64,000 bases of DNA, from the NCBI RefSeq assembly GCF_004010195.1, contig NC_057714.1, forward strand, positions 72,403,655 through 72,467,654. The letters run 5' to 3'. The position numbers were made by a program, and so were the translations under genes. The notes below the pieces were generated by a model. It saw nothing but the letters and a program-made list of their open reading frames with translations. It had not been told where the DNA came from and did not search any database. This document shows, piece after piece, positions 50,211-61,984 of this stretch (position 1 is its first letter; each line of letters begins with the position of its first letter). This DNA is from Chiloscyllium plagiosum. Lineage: Eukaryota.

Positions 50211-53200
50211 ATGTGGAGATGACAATGTTGAACTGGGGTGGATGACACAACATGACGCAAGGTTATAGCCCAACAGGTTTATTTGAAATCACAAGCTTTT
50301 GGAGCACTCCCAATTCGTCAGGTGAATTGGAGAGAGGTGTTTAGGCACAGAATATATAGGTGAAGAGACAATGGCAAGATAACTCAGATAATACAGAGTG
50401 TCAACAGTACAAATAGTGTGAGCAGAGTGTCAACAGGCTGAATAACAAATCTTTGCAGATAATCAAGTGTCAACAGATTAATACAAACAGTGTGAATAAA
50501 GTGTTGACAGCTGAATAACAAGTGAAGGGATGACCCATGAACCGATTAATTTAGACAGAGTAAGTACAAATAATCAAAAGTAACATGGTATTAGAGACAG
50601 ACCAAATGGCTGAAAAACATGAGTAGTTATCAGAGTCACATGACAAGGTCTAACAAAAGTAAAAAGTATCAAAAACTGTACCAACTTATTACTTAAGGCA
50701 GAGAGATAGTCAAAATAATTAAGATAATGACATCAAAACAGGACAGTTATGATGACTTTACAAACACCGAACAGTATGGTGGGGTTACATGTAGTGCAAC
50801 ATGAACCCAAAATCACAATTGAGGCCATCTTAATGAATACAAAACTTGGCTATCTTTTCTGCTTGGCAATTCTGCATTGTAATTTATCTCGAAGGTCGCC
50901 TTGGAGAATGCTTATCCAAAGATGGGATGCAGATTGTCCTTGATCACTGAAGTGTTCCTCAACTGGGAGGGAACACTCCTGCCTGGCGATTGTTCCTTGG
51001 TGTCCATTCATCTGTTGTCATTGTGTCTGCATGAACTTACCAATGCTGTATCTCTAGGAGCATCCTTTCCTGCAGTGTATGAGATAGACAAATGTTGGCC
51101 GAGTCACATGAGTATGTACAGTGTACCTGGTAGGTGGTGTTCCCATGTGTGATGATAGTATCCATGTTAATGATCTGATGTCTTGCAGAGGTTGCTTTGG
51201 TAGGCTAACGTTGTCAGGGTTGCTGTCTTCTGAAGGCTGGCTAGTTTGCTACGAGTGATGGTCTGTTTGAGGTTATTTGTTTGGGAGTGTGAGGATAGCC
51301 TTGGCGAGATGTTCATCGGCATTGTTGCCATGCTGAAGGTTGTAAAGAAGGTGGCTTAGCTTCTCTGCTCCTGGGAAGTACTGGCTAAGGGTACCCTGTC
51401 GGTCAAAATCTCTGTCTATCTTCTGAGGACATTGTTGTGGATTTTCATTGTGCTGAGTTTCTGTAAGAAGTCTGTAGTGTCGAGATGATGCTTCACTTCT
51501 CCAGCTTCCACCCTAAACACATTAAAGAAGCCATCCTCTAAAGACAAGCCCTGCGTATATACAGGATCTGCTCAGATGAGGAGGAATGCAATGGATATCT
51601 ACGGATGCTGACAGCCACCCTCAGAAGAATGGGATACAATGCTCAACTCAAGAATTGACAGTTCCGACATGCCACAACGATCTCCTCAGAAGACAGACAC
51701 ACAACCCTGCCATGGCAACCTCTGCAAGATATATCAGATCATCAACATGAGAACACTAACCACAAGGTACACTATATATTCATGATACTCTGTCAATGTT
51801 GTCTACATCATAAGCTGCAAGCAAGGATGCCCCTGGACATAGTACATTGGCGAGACCATGGGAGCGCTTCAACAATGGATGAACAGACACCACACAACAA
51901 TTGCCAGGCAGGAGTGTTCCCTCCCAGTCAGGGAACACTTCAGCAGTCAAGGATATTAAGCATCCGATCTTCAGATAAGTGCTCTGCAAGGTGACCTTTG
52001 AAATATGTGACAATGCAAAATCGCCAATTAGAAACTGATAGCCAAGTTCCACACTCACGAGGATGGCATCAACTGTGATCTTGGGTTTATGTCACACTAA
52101 TGTAACCCCACCATATTGTCTGTGTTTGTGAAGTCATCCTAACTGCCCAGTTTTGACACCATTACCTTGATTATTTGTGATTATCTCTCTGCCTTAATTA
52201 ATTCGTACAGTTGTTGATTACTTTTGTTCGACCCTTGTCATGCAACTCTGTGGACCCTAGTACCGTCTTACTTTGATTATTGATAATTATCTCTCTGCCT
52301 TAATTAATCTGTTCATAGGTCATTCCTTCACTCATTATTCACACCGTTTGTATTAGTCTGTTGACACTTGATTATCTGCAAAGCCTTGTTATTCACCCTA
52401 TTGACATTCTACTTACATTATTTGTACTGTTGATACTTTGATTTCCTGGAATTATCTTGTTATTGTCTCTCTGTCTATATATTCTGTGCCTGGGCATCTC
52501 TCTCCTATCCATCTGACGAAGGAGTAGTGCTCCAAAAGCTGGGACTATAACCTGGTGTCATGTGAGTTCTGATTTTGTCCATCCCAGTCCAACACCGGCA
52601 TCTCCACATCATGGCTATCATCGACACCTCAAACTGCTAGCTCAAAGTGGAGAGGATCTCTAAGAAGATCACACATGTCGACACTGACATCAATTTTCTA
52701 TAGAGATGCAAGAAAGCAGACAAGATCCCGAAAGGACTACAGATGACAAACCCACTCAAGTCGACATTCAACACAGACTACACTGAGAGACTCAGCTGTT
52801 GCACCTCTCACATGCTTCTCAACACGTACACAAGCTTGGCAGCAGATGTCGCAACCTTGAAACCAAGACAGAGTCCATATTCTCAGCTTGCGCCTCAGAC
52901 ATGAGACACTGCCAAGCTATGAGACACTGCCAAGCAGATAAGGCGACGGAACTATGCCATCGACATGCACACTAAAACAGTAAACTTGAGAAACTCAACA
53001 TGACCACCATCAACAAAGAAGCCGTCCTCCTTACCACGGTTGAAAGCAGTACCACCACAGGGAAATCCATTGTTAACTTGTCTGACCACACCCTTTAATC
53101 AGACAAAATCAAAGTACTAAGCTGAGTGCTCCATTTCTGCCCCATTACTAAAATGGATCCTATTAGTCTCGTGGCAGACTCTGAGGAACTCATCAGGTGA

Positions 53201-55072
53201 ATGAGACTCCAGGAATTCTTCCACAAACCCCAAGATGTCAGAAGTGAGCTCAATTAGACAGCAACGAAACGGAACAGTTGACAGATCCGTAGTGCAGCAA
53301 CAAAACAAGATTAAGTCGATTAAAGACCCCTTTGGAAGACCGCTGCCCTAGGCTTGACTGTACGCTCAAAGCATTCGGAGATGTGGCAATGCTAGATTCA
53401 TCACTCACAAGATATCCCAGAACGTTACTCAAGCACAACACAATGCCATCCATACTCTCGAAACCAACCGCAACATTGTCATTTAACCAGCAGATAAAGG
53501 AGGAGCCATCGTCATACAGAATAGAATGGACCATCACAAAGAAGAATGCTGACAACTGAACAACCAGGAACATTACAGACAATTATCCACCAGTCTGACT
53601 AAAGAACACACCTGTCAACTCAACAGACTGAACAAGACCTTCGATCCAGACCTTCAGAGAATTCTGTGTGTTCTCATCCCATCCATTCCCTGTATAGGAG
53701 ACTTCTGTTACCTCCCAAAAACCAACACGCCTGGACGTCCCATCATACCAGGCTAAAGACCTTTTGTGAGAATCTCTCTGGCTGTGTCAAGGGTTTCCTG
53801 AAACTCATCGTACAAGGAACCACCAACTTCCATCATGACACTATGGACTTCTTACAGAAACTTAGCATCCATGGATCAGTTGAACCTGAAACATCCCTCA
53901 TCAAAACGGATGTTTTGGTACTTTACACCGGCATCCCCCACAATGGTGGGATGGCTGCAACAGCCTCTGTACTCAACCCCAACAGCTGCCAATCTCCAAA
54001 CACTATTCTACAATTTATCCACTTCATCCTTGACCACAATGTTTTCATCTTCAACAACCAGCTCTTCATTCAGACATGCGAATAGCCATGGGGACCAAAA
54101 CTGTGCCCCAGTACACTAACATTTTCATGCAGATGTCCAAACAAGACTTCGCTGCACAGGACCTCCAACCAACACTATACACCAGATATATTGATGACAT
54201 CTTCTTCCTTCAAACTCGCAGTGAAGAATCACTGAAACAACTACACAGTGATATCAATGGATTCCATCCTCCCGTCAGACTTACCATGGACTACTCTTCA
54301 GAATTGGTTTCATTCTTGGACACTCGCATCTCCATCAATGATGTACGCTTCAGTACTTCACTCCTATTGCAAGCCCAAGAATAATCTCACATTGCTTCAC
54401 TTCTCCAGCATCTATGCTAAACATGTTAAAGAAGCCGTTCCCTATGAACAATCGCTGCATATATACAGGATCTGCTCGGATGAGGAGGAACACAATGGAT
54501 GTCTATATATGCTGAAACACGCCTTCATAAGAATAGGGTATGTTGCTTCAATCATCGACAATTCCAACATGCCACAGCGACAAACTGCAATGATCTCCTC
54601 AGAAGACGGACGTGGGATACAACTGTCAGGATCTTTCCTCGTACAGTACTTCCCTGGAGCGGAGAAACGGTTCAATGCTCTTCGCAGCTTTCAGTATGCC
54701 AGCGATGATGACGAGCATCTTGCTAAAATCATTCCCTACACCTCCACTACTCACCTTCAAACAACCACCTAACCTCAAATAGACCATTGTTTGTAGCTAA
54801 CTAACCAGGCCTTCAAGAGAACAGCAACCACAACACCACACAACCCTATCATGGTAACCGCTACAAGAAATGTCAGATCATCGACACAAATACTATCATC
54901 ACGTGTGAGAACACCACCCACCAGGTACACTGTACATACTCATGTGACTTGGCCAATGTGTCTACCTCATACACCGCATAAGAATATGAGCCAAGGGATG
55001 ATACATTTGGTGAGACCATGCAGATGCTACAACAACGGATGAATGGCGACTGTGCAACAATCGCCAGGCAGG
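50211..55072 (+). mobile_element. Penelope-like element complex: inverted 3' copy (50211-~51470), direct 3' copy (~51480-52610), degenerate full ORF (52611-~55070)
   Basis: RT motifs IAMGTK...YTNIFM...YTRYIDDIFF, KPADKGGA-like linker and YIGET GIY-YIG remnants; hammerhead remnants at ~52513-52540 (+) and ~50293-50321 (-). Confidence 0.92.
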
Positions 55073-55455
55073 ATTTGTTTTCCACCTTACCCAACCCCAA
55101 CCCCAAAAAGACCCCTACATTATCTGCCTACTATTTTTACTCTGGCAGTCACATTCCTGGCTGTCCACTCTTTTCCTGTAGTATGACCACCGTGATGTAC
55201 ATCCAATTTATGAAGATCTCAACCTTACAGATACTCCTCCGTGGTGACACCAGCTGCCACTCCAAATCTAAAACACAGATTTCTTGTAGTTGCAGGATAT
55301 ACCTCCAACATGAATGTCATTGTGGGCACTGGAAGCGTCCCTGATTTACCACGTGATATAGAGCAGTATTCCACCTGGTAAGGCTGCCTCACTGTGACTT
55401 GCTCTTAAATGACTCCATTTTAATTTGCTTCTGGTAGTTTAGTAAATAGCAAATA

Positions 55456-55598
55456 CAGAGGAACCTTGAATATCCGAAGGACACGGGCGGGGAGTATTTC
55501 GTTCGGTTAATCGAATACCGGATGACACAGTTTAGCCAAACATCGGGACCTTGCGATCTTGCTGGACAATCGAATGCCGGATAATCGAGATTCCTCTG
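55456..55598. mobile_element. 143-bp Tigger/pogo-like MITE
   Basis: Terminal inverted repeats CAGAGGAACCTTGAATATCCG / CGGATAATCGAGATTCCTCTG flanked by TA...TA. Confidence 0.85.
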
Positions 55599-57169
55599 TA
55601 TATGGTAGCACTTATTCATTATGCTTTATGGAAAGAACAATTTTTTTTTCCTTAGAGACTAGTTGAATTATTCACATGGTCTGCTTTCCAAGGCCACCCT
55701 TTACCTCACACTGGCTCCCAGTCCCACTTGATTTTATGTTCTCTCCATAATGTCTTTCCTGAATATTTTCAAAGCTTATCTCTCTCATGCAATTTTTCAA
55801 TGCCTGATCTCCATGAAGCTGAAGATAGAGACCAAAGAGTACCTGTCTCCCTTTCTCACTGAATTGCTCTTTCACCAAACACTTGTTACTGTTCTGGGCT
55901 GGAGCACTCCAAGGCAGGGTGTTTAATTTCTTTTATATGGCTGGGATTCAGATTGCTACCCTATCAGACAGTTATAGAAGATGTTATTACATACCTCTGG
56001 AGCAGATGGGACTTGAACCCAAGCAGCCTGTTTAAGTAGTAGGAACGTTATCACTATGAGACAAATGACCCTCTTCTTTCTCTCGCACTCTCTTTTGCTC
56101 TCTTCCCCCCCGCCCCGGCACAAGGTCAGGGAGTTATAAAACCTGGTAAGCCAATTGTGATTTGCTTGCTTAGTCACCAACTCTCAGACTTCCCAATGTG
56201 CACCAGAGATGCAACGTGACTGAGTTTTGTTTGCCCAACAAGCTCAGAGAGGACACTTTCAGTTTTTACCTTTTAGATTTTGTCTGTTTTTAATCTGACT
56301 TTTAGCCAATTGTTGAAGACTGCATAATTCTAGGTGGGCTAGGGATAGCATGCTTAAGACATTAGCGATGTGAAAACAGGCTGATGGATCAGTAAGCCTT
56401 GACCCTTTTACTAGTTTGATATCCTAACATTTAGTTACTGTTAGGAGGAGTGTGTTTGGTGCAGTATATAAGAGAAATGAAAGAACTTGGAGGTTTAAAG
56501 AAAGTTATATCAGCCCTCGCCAGCAAAAGTCAGGGTTCTTCTGCACATCTGGTTCAAAATGTAGAATTCCTATTAGAATGCCTATCCCTTTTGACAGTCC
56601 TTTTAAGGAGTAGTATTTCTGACCTAGACATACATGTGTTTATACTCCAGGATATTTGTTGTGTTTATTTTCAGAATAGTTTTTTTTTACAGATTTATAA
56701 GTTAAAAAGCCTTTATTGACCCTGAACTGTTTGATTCCACTGTGGAGCTGCTGGTGAGATGTGTCTTATCCCTGAAATTGAACTGTATTTTTTTTCCATG
56801 TCTTTGGTACTTGGTACAAGGGATACCTGAGTCTTTTCGAATGATCCATTTGATCATTTGCATGGCCTAGTTTGTCATGTGATAACATTGTATTTGCACC
56901 AGTTTTATTTCCTAGTCAGTGGGTTGCTTGTTCAGAGGCTTTCTGTTCCTTATCATCAAAATTTAATGTTTTGTAAAATTTTAGTCAGAGTGAACATGAA
57001 ACCGAACAGGAAGATGTGACTAGAAAGGAGAATGAGAACATGCTGAACCATTAGTTCATGAATTTTATTATTGTGATTGTGCAGGAAGGAAATGAGGATA
57101 CTGTGGATCACAGTACATAAGTCTGCCTTTGAACCTTCAAAGTCTGTTGACTAAGTCGCTGAGTATAGG

Positions 57170-57290
57170 GGCTGTCACCTTGCAGTGGTCGTGTCACTAC
57201 CTCTGAACCAGGAGGCCCAAGTTAAAGTCCCATGTGCTGCAGAGGTGTATAATAATATCTCTGGACAGGTTGATTTTAAAAGTATGTAGA
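57170..57290 (+). mobile_element. Short tRNA-derived SINE (other copies ~13155-13255 + and ~55960-56062 -)
   Basis: Shared GGTTCAAGTCCCA...CCAGAGGTRTGTAATAACATCT body across the three copies. Confidence 0.65.
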
Positions 57291-57952
57291 TGCTGATTAT
57301 AAAACCTAAACTGCTGGTTTCCACTCAACAATTGCCATGTACAGTCTTCTCTGTGTGGGCATGTCTGGAAGTTCAGCGTGTGTACTTAGCAACATATCAT
57401 CTGCTTGAACCCACATGCTAACTTCTAAGGCAAGTATAATTTAAAACTTGCATCTTGAGCTGAGAAATTGAGGTCAACTCCTCATATAAGTATAACCGTA
57501 AACATTTATGAATTGAATAAACTTATTCAGAGTATAGGCTTAAACATGCATTTTGCCAAAAAAAGAGTGGGGGAGTGTCTAATATGTGACAATCTGCATT
57601 GGTATTTTTTTCTGTAATACTTTTGACATCTGCAGAAATTTCCAACTTTGAAAATTTTCAGGTGAGATTTTATCAAATAAGCCATAAAGCTGGGAATTAT
57701 TTATATAATCAGGGCATTTAAAAAAAATTCCAACGCAACTAAACCAGTAAGATTTACAGGCCAATAAGTGTGTGCAATTTTTTCACCCTACCTTAGAATT
57801 GTTAATAGTATTTAATAGAACTAAAACAACCTACTACGGATGCTGAAAATCTGAAATAATAGCAGATAATACTGCAGATACTCCACAAGATTTGTGGTGA
57901 TTGAAAGTCTAATAATGTAACTAAATAACTTGGTTGTCACACCCCAGCTTTG

Positions 57953-58155
57953 GAGAAAGTGAGGACTGCAGTTGCTGGGGATCAGAGCTTAAAAATGTGT
58001 TGCTGGAAAAGTGCAGCAGGCTATTCCTGATGAAGGGCTTTTTCCCAAAACGTCGATTTTCCTGCTTCTCGGATGCTGCCTGACCTGCTGTGCTTTTCCA
58101 GCACCACTCTGATCTAAACTCTGGTTTCCAGCATCTGCAGTCCTCATTTTTGCCA
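57953..58155. mobile_element. Fold-back PLE terminal-repeat element with a central degenerate hammerhead
   Basis: Inverted arms GAGGACTGCAG.TGCTGG / CCAGCATCTGCAGTCCTC; CTGATGAAGGGCTTTTTCCCAAAACGTC at ~58027-58054. Confidence 0.75.
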
Positions 58156-58346
58156 TGCCTGGATGAGTGCAACTTCAGTAATGCTCAAGAAGCTGGATTG
58201 GCACCCCATCAACAACATTCATTATTTGTTCCCTTCTTCTCCATTGCACAGTCGCAGCAGCATGTACCATCTATAAGAAGCAAAGCAAGAACTCAACCAG
58301 GCTCCATAGACAGCATCTTCCAAACCCCTGACCTCTACCACCTAGG

Positions 58347-60000
58347 TAAAAACAAGGGCTGCAGATGCTGGAAACCAGATTCTAGATTAGAGTGGTGCTT
58401 CAAAAGCTCAGCAGGTTAGGCAGCATTCGAGGAGCAGGAAAAACGACGTTTCGGGCAAAAGCCCTTCATCAGGAATAGAGGCAGAGTGCCTGCNNNNNNN
58501 NNNNNNNNNNNNNNNNNNNNNNNNNNNNNNNNNNNNNNNNNNNNNNNNNNNNNNNNNNNNNNNNNNNNNNNNNNNNNNNNNNNNNNNNNNNNNNNNNNNN
58601 NNNNNNNNNNNNNNNNNNNNNNNNNNNNNNNNNNNNNNNNNNNNNNNNNNNNNNNNNNNNNNNNNNNNNNGGACAAGTCATGGGGACAGTGCTGAGCTGG
58701 AAGTTTGGAGCTGGGGTGAGGTGGGGGAAGGGGAAATGAAGAAACTGGTGAAGTCCACATTGATGCCCTGAAGTGTTCCGAGGCGGAAGATGAGGCGTTC
58801 GTCCTCCAGGCGTCAGGTGGTGAGGCGGCGGTGGTGAAGGAGGCCCAGGACCTCCATGTCCTCGGCAGAGTGGGAGGAGGAGTTGAAATGTTGGGCCACA
58901 GGGCGGTAGGGTTAATTGGTGCGGGTGTCCCAGAGATGTTCCCTAAAGTGCTCTGCCAGGAGGCATCCAGTCTCCCCAATGTAGAGGAGACCACATCGGG
59001 AGCAACGGATACAATAAATGACATTGGTGGATCTGCAGGTAAAACTTTGATGGATGTGGAAGGCTCCTTTTGGGGCCTTGGATGGAGGTGAGGGAGGAGG
59101 TGTGGGCGCAGGTTTTGCAATTCCTGCAGTGGCAGGGGAAGGTGCCAGGACAGGAGAATGGGTTGTAGGGGGGCGTGGACCTGATCAGGTAGTCACGGAG
59201 GGAACGGCCTTTGCGGAAAGGGGAGGGGAGGGAAATATATTCCTGGTGGTGGGGTCCATTTGGAGGTGGCGGAAATGTCGTCGGATGATTTGGTTTATGC
59301 GAAGGTTGATAGGGTGGAAGGTGAGAACCAGGGGCGTTCTGTCCTTGTTACGGTTGTAGGAGTGGAGTCTGAGGACGAAGGGGCAGGATGTGGACGAGAT
59401 TCGTTGGAGTGCATCTTTAACCACATGAGAAGGAAAATTGCAGTCTCTGAAGAAGGAGGCCATCTGATGTGTTCTGTGGTGGAACTAGTCCTCCTGGGAG
59501 CAGATACGGCGGGGGCGAGGAATTGGGAACGCAGGATGGCATTTTTGCAGGAGGTAGGGTGGGAAGAGGTGTAATCCAGGTAGCTGTGGGAGTCGGTGGG
59601 TTTGTAAAAAATGTCGGTGTCAAGTCGGTTGTCATTAATGGAGATGGAGAGGTCCAGGAAGGGGAGGGAGGTGTCAGAGATGGTCCAGGTAAATTTAAGG
59701 TCAGGGCGGAATGTGTTGGTGAAGTTGATGAACTGCTCAACCTCCTCGCGGGAGCATAAGGTGATGCCAATGCAGTCATCAATGTAGCGGAGGAAGAGGT
59801 GGGGACTGGTGCCGGTGTAACCGGCATGGCGGATGGAGGTGTAGAGGGATTGGATATCCATGGTGAAGATGAGGCGTTGGGGGCCGGGGAAATGGAAGTC
59901 TTGGAGAAGTTGGAGGGCATGGGTGGTGTCTCGAACGTATGTGGGGAGTTCCTGGACTGGGCGGATAGGACGGTGTCAAGGTAGGTGGAGAGGAGTTCAG
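58347..60000 (-). mobile_element. Penelope-like element (RT, GIY-YIG region, terminal repeat), 9-bp target-site duplication
   Basis: ORF 59295..59861 has MDIQSLYTSI...FLRYIDDCIG...LPFLDLSI...FYKPTDSHSYL; CCACCTAGG at 58338-58346 and 60001-60009; it interrupts an older LINE 3' fragment. Confidence 0.93.
58445..58472 (-). ncRNA. Minimal hammerhead ribozyme motif
   Basis: CUGAUGA-A-GGGC-UUUU-GCCC-GAAAC-GUC, identical core to 39706-39733. Confidence 0.75.
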
Positions 60001-61984
60001 CCACCTAGGAGGACAATGACCACAGATATATGTGAATACCATCACCTGCAGGTTTCCCTCCAAACCTCGCATCGTCCTGACTAGGAACTAAATCACAATT
60101 CATTCACTCATCACCTGAAGGTCAATTGGGGAGGGGTAATAAATGTTGGCCTAGCTTGCAATGTCCATATTCCATGCATAAGTAAATTGAAAATCTTCAT
60201 TTACTGTTACATAGGTTTGTGCTTGCACATTTCATTGTAAATGCTGAATAGAATTCATATTTAACTAGCAGGTGAGAGGAATGATATTATTTTTACAAGT
60301 TTTGTAGTATCACATTGGTGCTCTGTTGTACTGAATATCTACAACTGTTGGATTTTATTCCAATAATCTGCTTGAAATCATATGCATTTTACCGAAATGT
60401 GTGCTTTTCAAATCCTTCTATGTATTTTGTTCTGCTGAGATGTAGTGCATAATTATCCCCTTTTAAGATAACTGATTACTATTGTAATTCAAAGTTGAAA
60501 AGCTGTGCAGATATCTTTGAGTTTATACCTCTGATTTGTTTTGATGAGGGGAAAGGTTCACTGGAGGCAGTTTTTATTTGTGTGATTGGTTATCCCAAAG
60601 GGTTTCAGACATTTCTACTGATTTTGCCTTTCTGAATCTTGTGTTGGCATATGTGAATACTTAGCTGTCAGGCAGCAAACTGGAAATTTAATAAGGTAAT
60701 GAATGTATTTGAGTTATTTTCCACTGAGCCTTGATCCTCATTAATTTGGTGAGATTTTCTGTTTTTGTCTTGGTAAGCTTCAGCACAGAGCTGAAAGACA
60801 ATAAGGAATTTTGAAAGAATGGGAGATCACAGTATTAAATCATACGATATTGTGTGCAGGCTTCTTTTTTTCTGTTAGATTGTGTGGGAAGGATAAACTT
60901 TGCATATAAGTATATTGAATTAAAAATGTTCATTTTATGTCCAACCTATCTGTTAAACAGTGTAATCACTCTTTCCTGATCAGTAGTCATGCAAGCTTTG
61001 GGGAAGGAAAAAAGCCCCAGGAGAATTGCACTGACAAACACTCAAAGTAATCATCTTAATAGCCTTGATATTCTAACCAGTGAGAAAATTAATACTGTAA
61101 GGAATAGAAAGGTCTATTCACATTCAGTGAACCAGTTCGAACAATTGAGACTCTGTATCCCACTTTACCCTTCGTTAACAACGCTGGTGAATAATTTGGT
61201 CATCACAATCATTAAACTTATTGCATTTTCCACTTTTGTGGTAGATTTTTTTGTAATTCATTGGAAATAAACATTATTGGCAAGGCCAGCATTTACTGCC
61301 CATTCCAAATTGCTCTTGAAAGGGTGATGCTGAGCAACTTCCCTAAACTACCATAGGCCATTAGGTTTTGATACACCCACAACACTGTTTGGACATTTCA
61401 CCATCCAGTGCAGGAGAAAATGGTGTTCTCTTTTCAACTGGTATTGATAGCAAACATCTTTCTCTAGTTTCTGTTCCTGCAGAGATCATCTTCCAAGCCA
61501 TCTTTGTCCTACTGTAAATGTCCCAAATACCCTATCTTTTTCTTGTATGCTGATGTTCAGAATCACTTACTTATCTAGTTGTTTGTACTTATGAATTTCA
61601 AGGTACAATAATTCCCCCCCCCCCCAAATCTAGATAGTGGGATGCAGAGAACTAGTGCAATAGGGCATAAAGTAAAACGTAGGTTACTAAACGTAAGCTT
61701 TGGACCAAATGTTTTTCAATGATTTGTGGACAATATAATTATTTATATTTATCACATCACCTTTATCTGGTGTTCATTAGTGATTTATGCATTCTTGTGT
61801 TTCAAAATGACTGGACCATTGTGTTTGCTTGATACTAGTCATCATTTGTGAATATGTACTGAATAAAATTAGGCTAAATGATTTCATTGTAATATTTGTG
61901 CAATTAAGTTGGAAATTTGCTTCTGACATTTCAAAGTCTAGTTCTTTGCGTAACAGTTGTATTTGATTTGTTAAAAATTAGGAG

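Noticed and set aside
57636-57661. Possible 26-nt plus-strand micro-exon (tgcag|...TCAG|gtgag)
   Set aside because: Splice-like motifs alone are common by chance; no recognisable peptide or partner exons.
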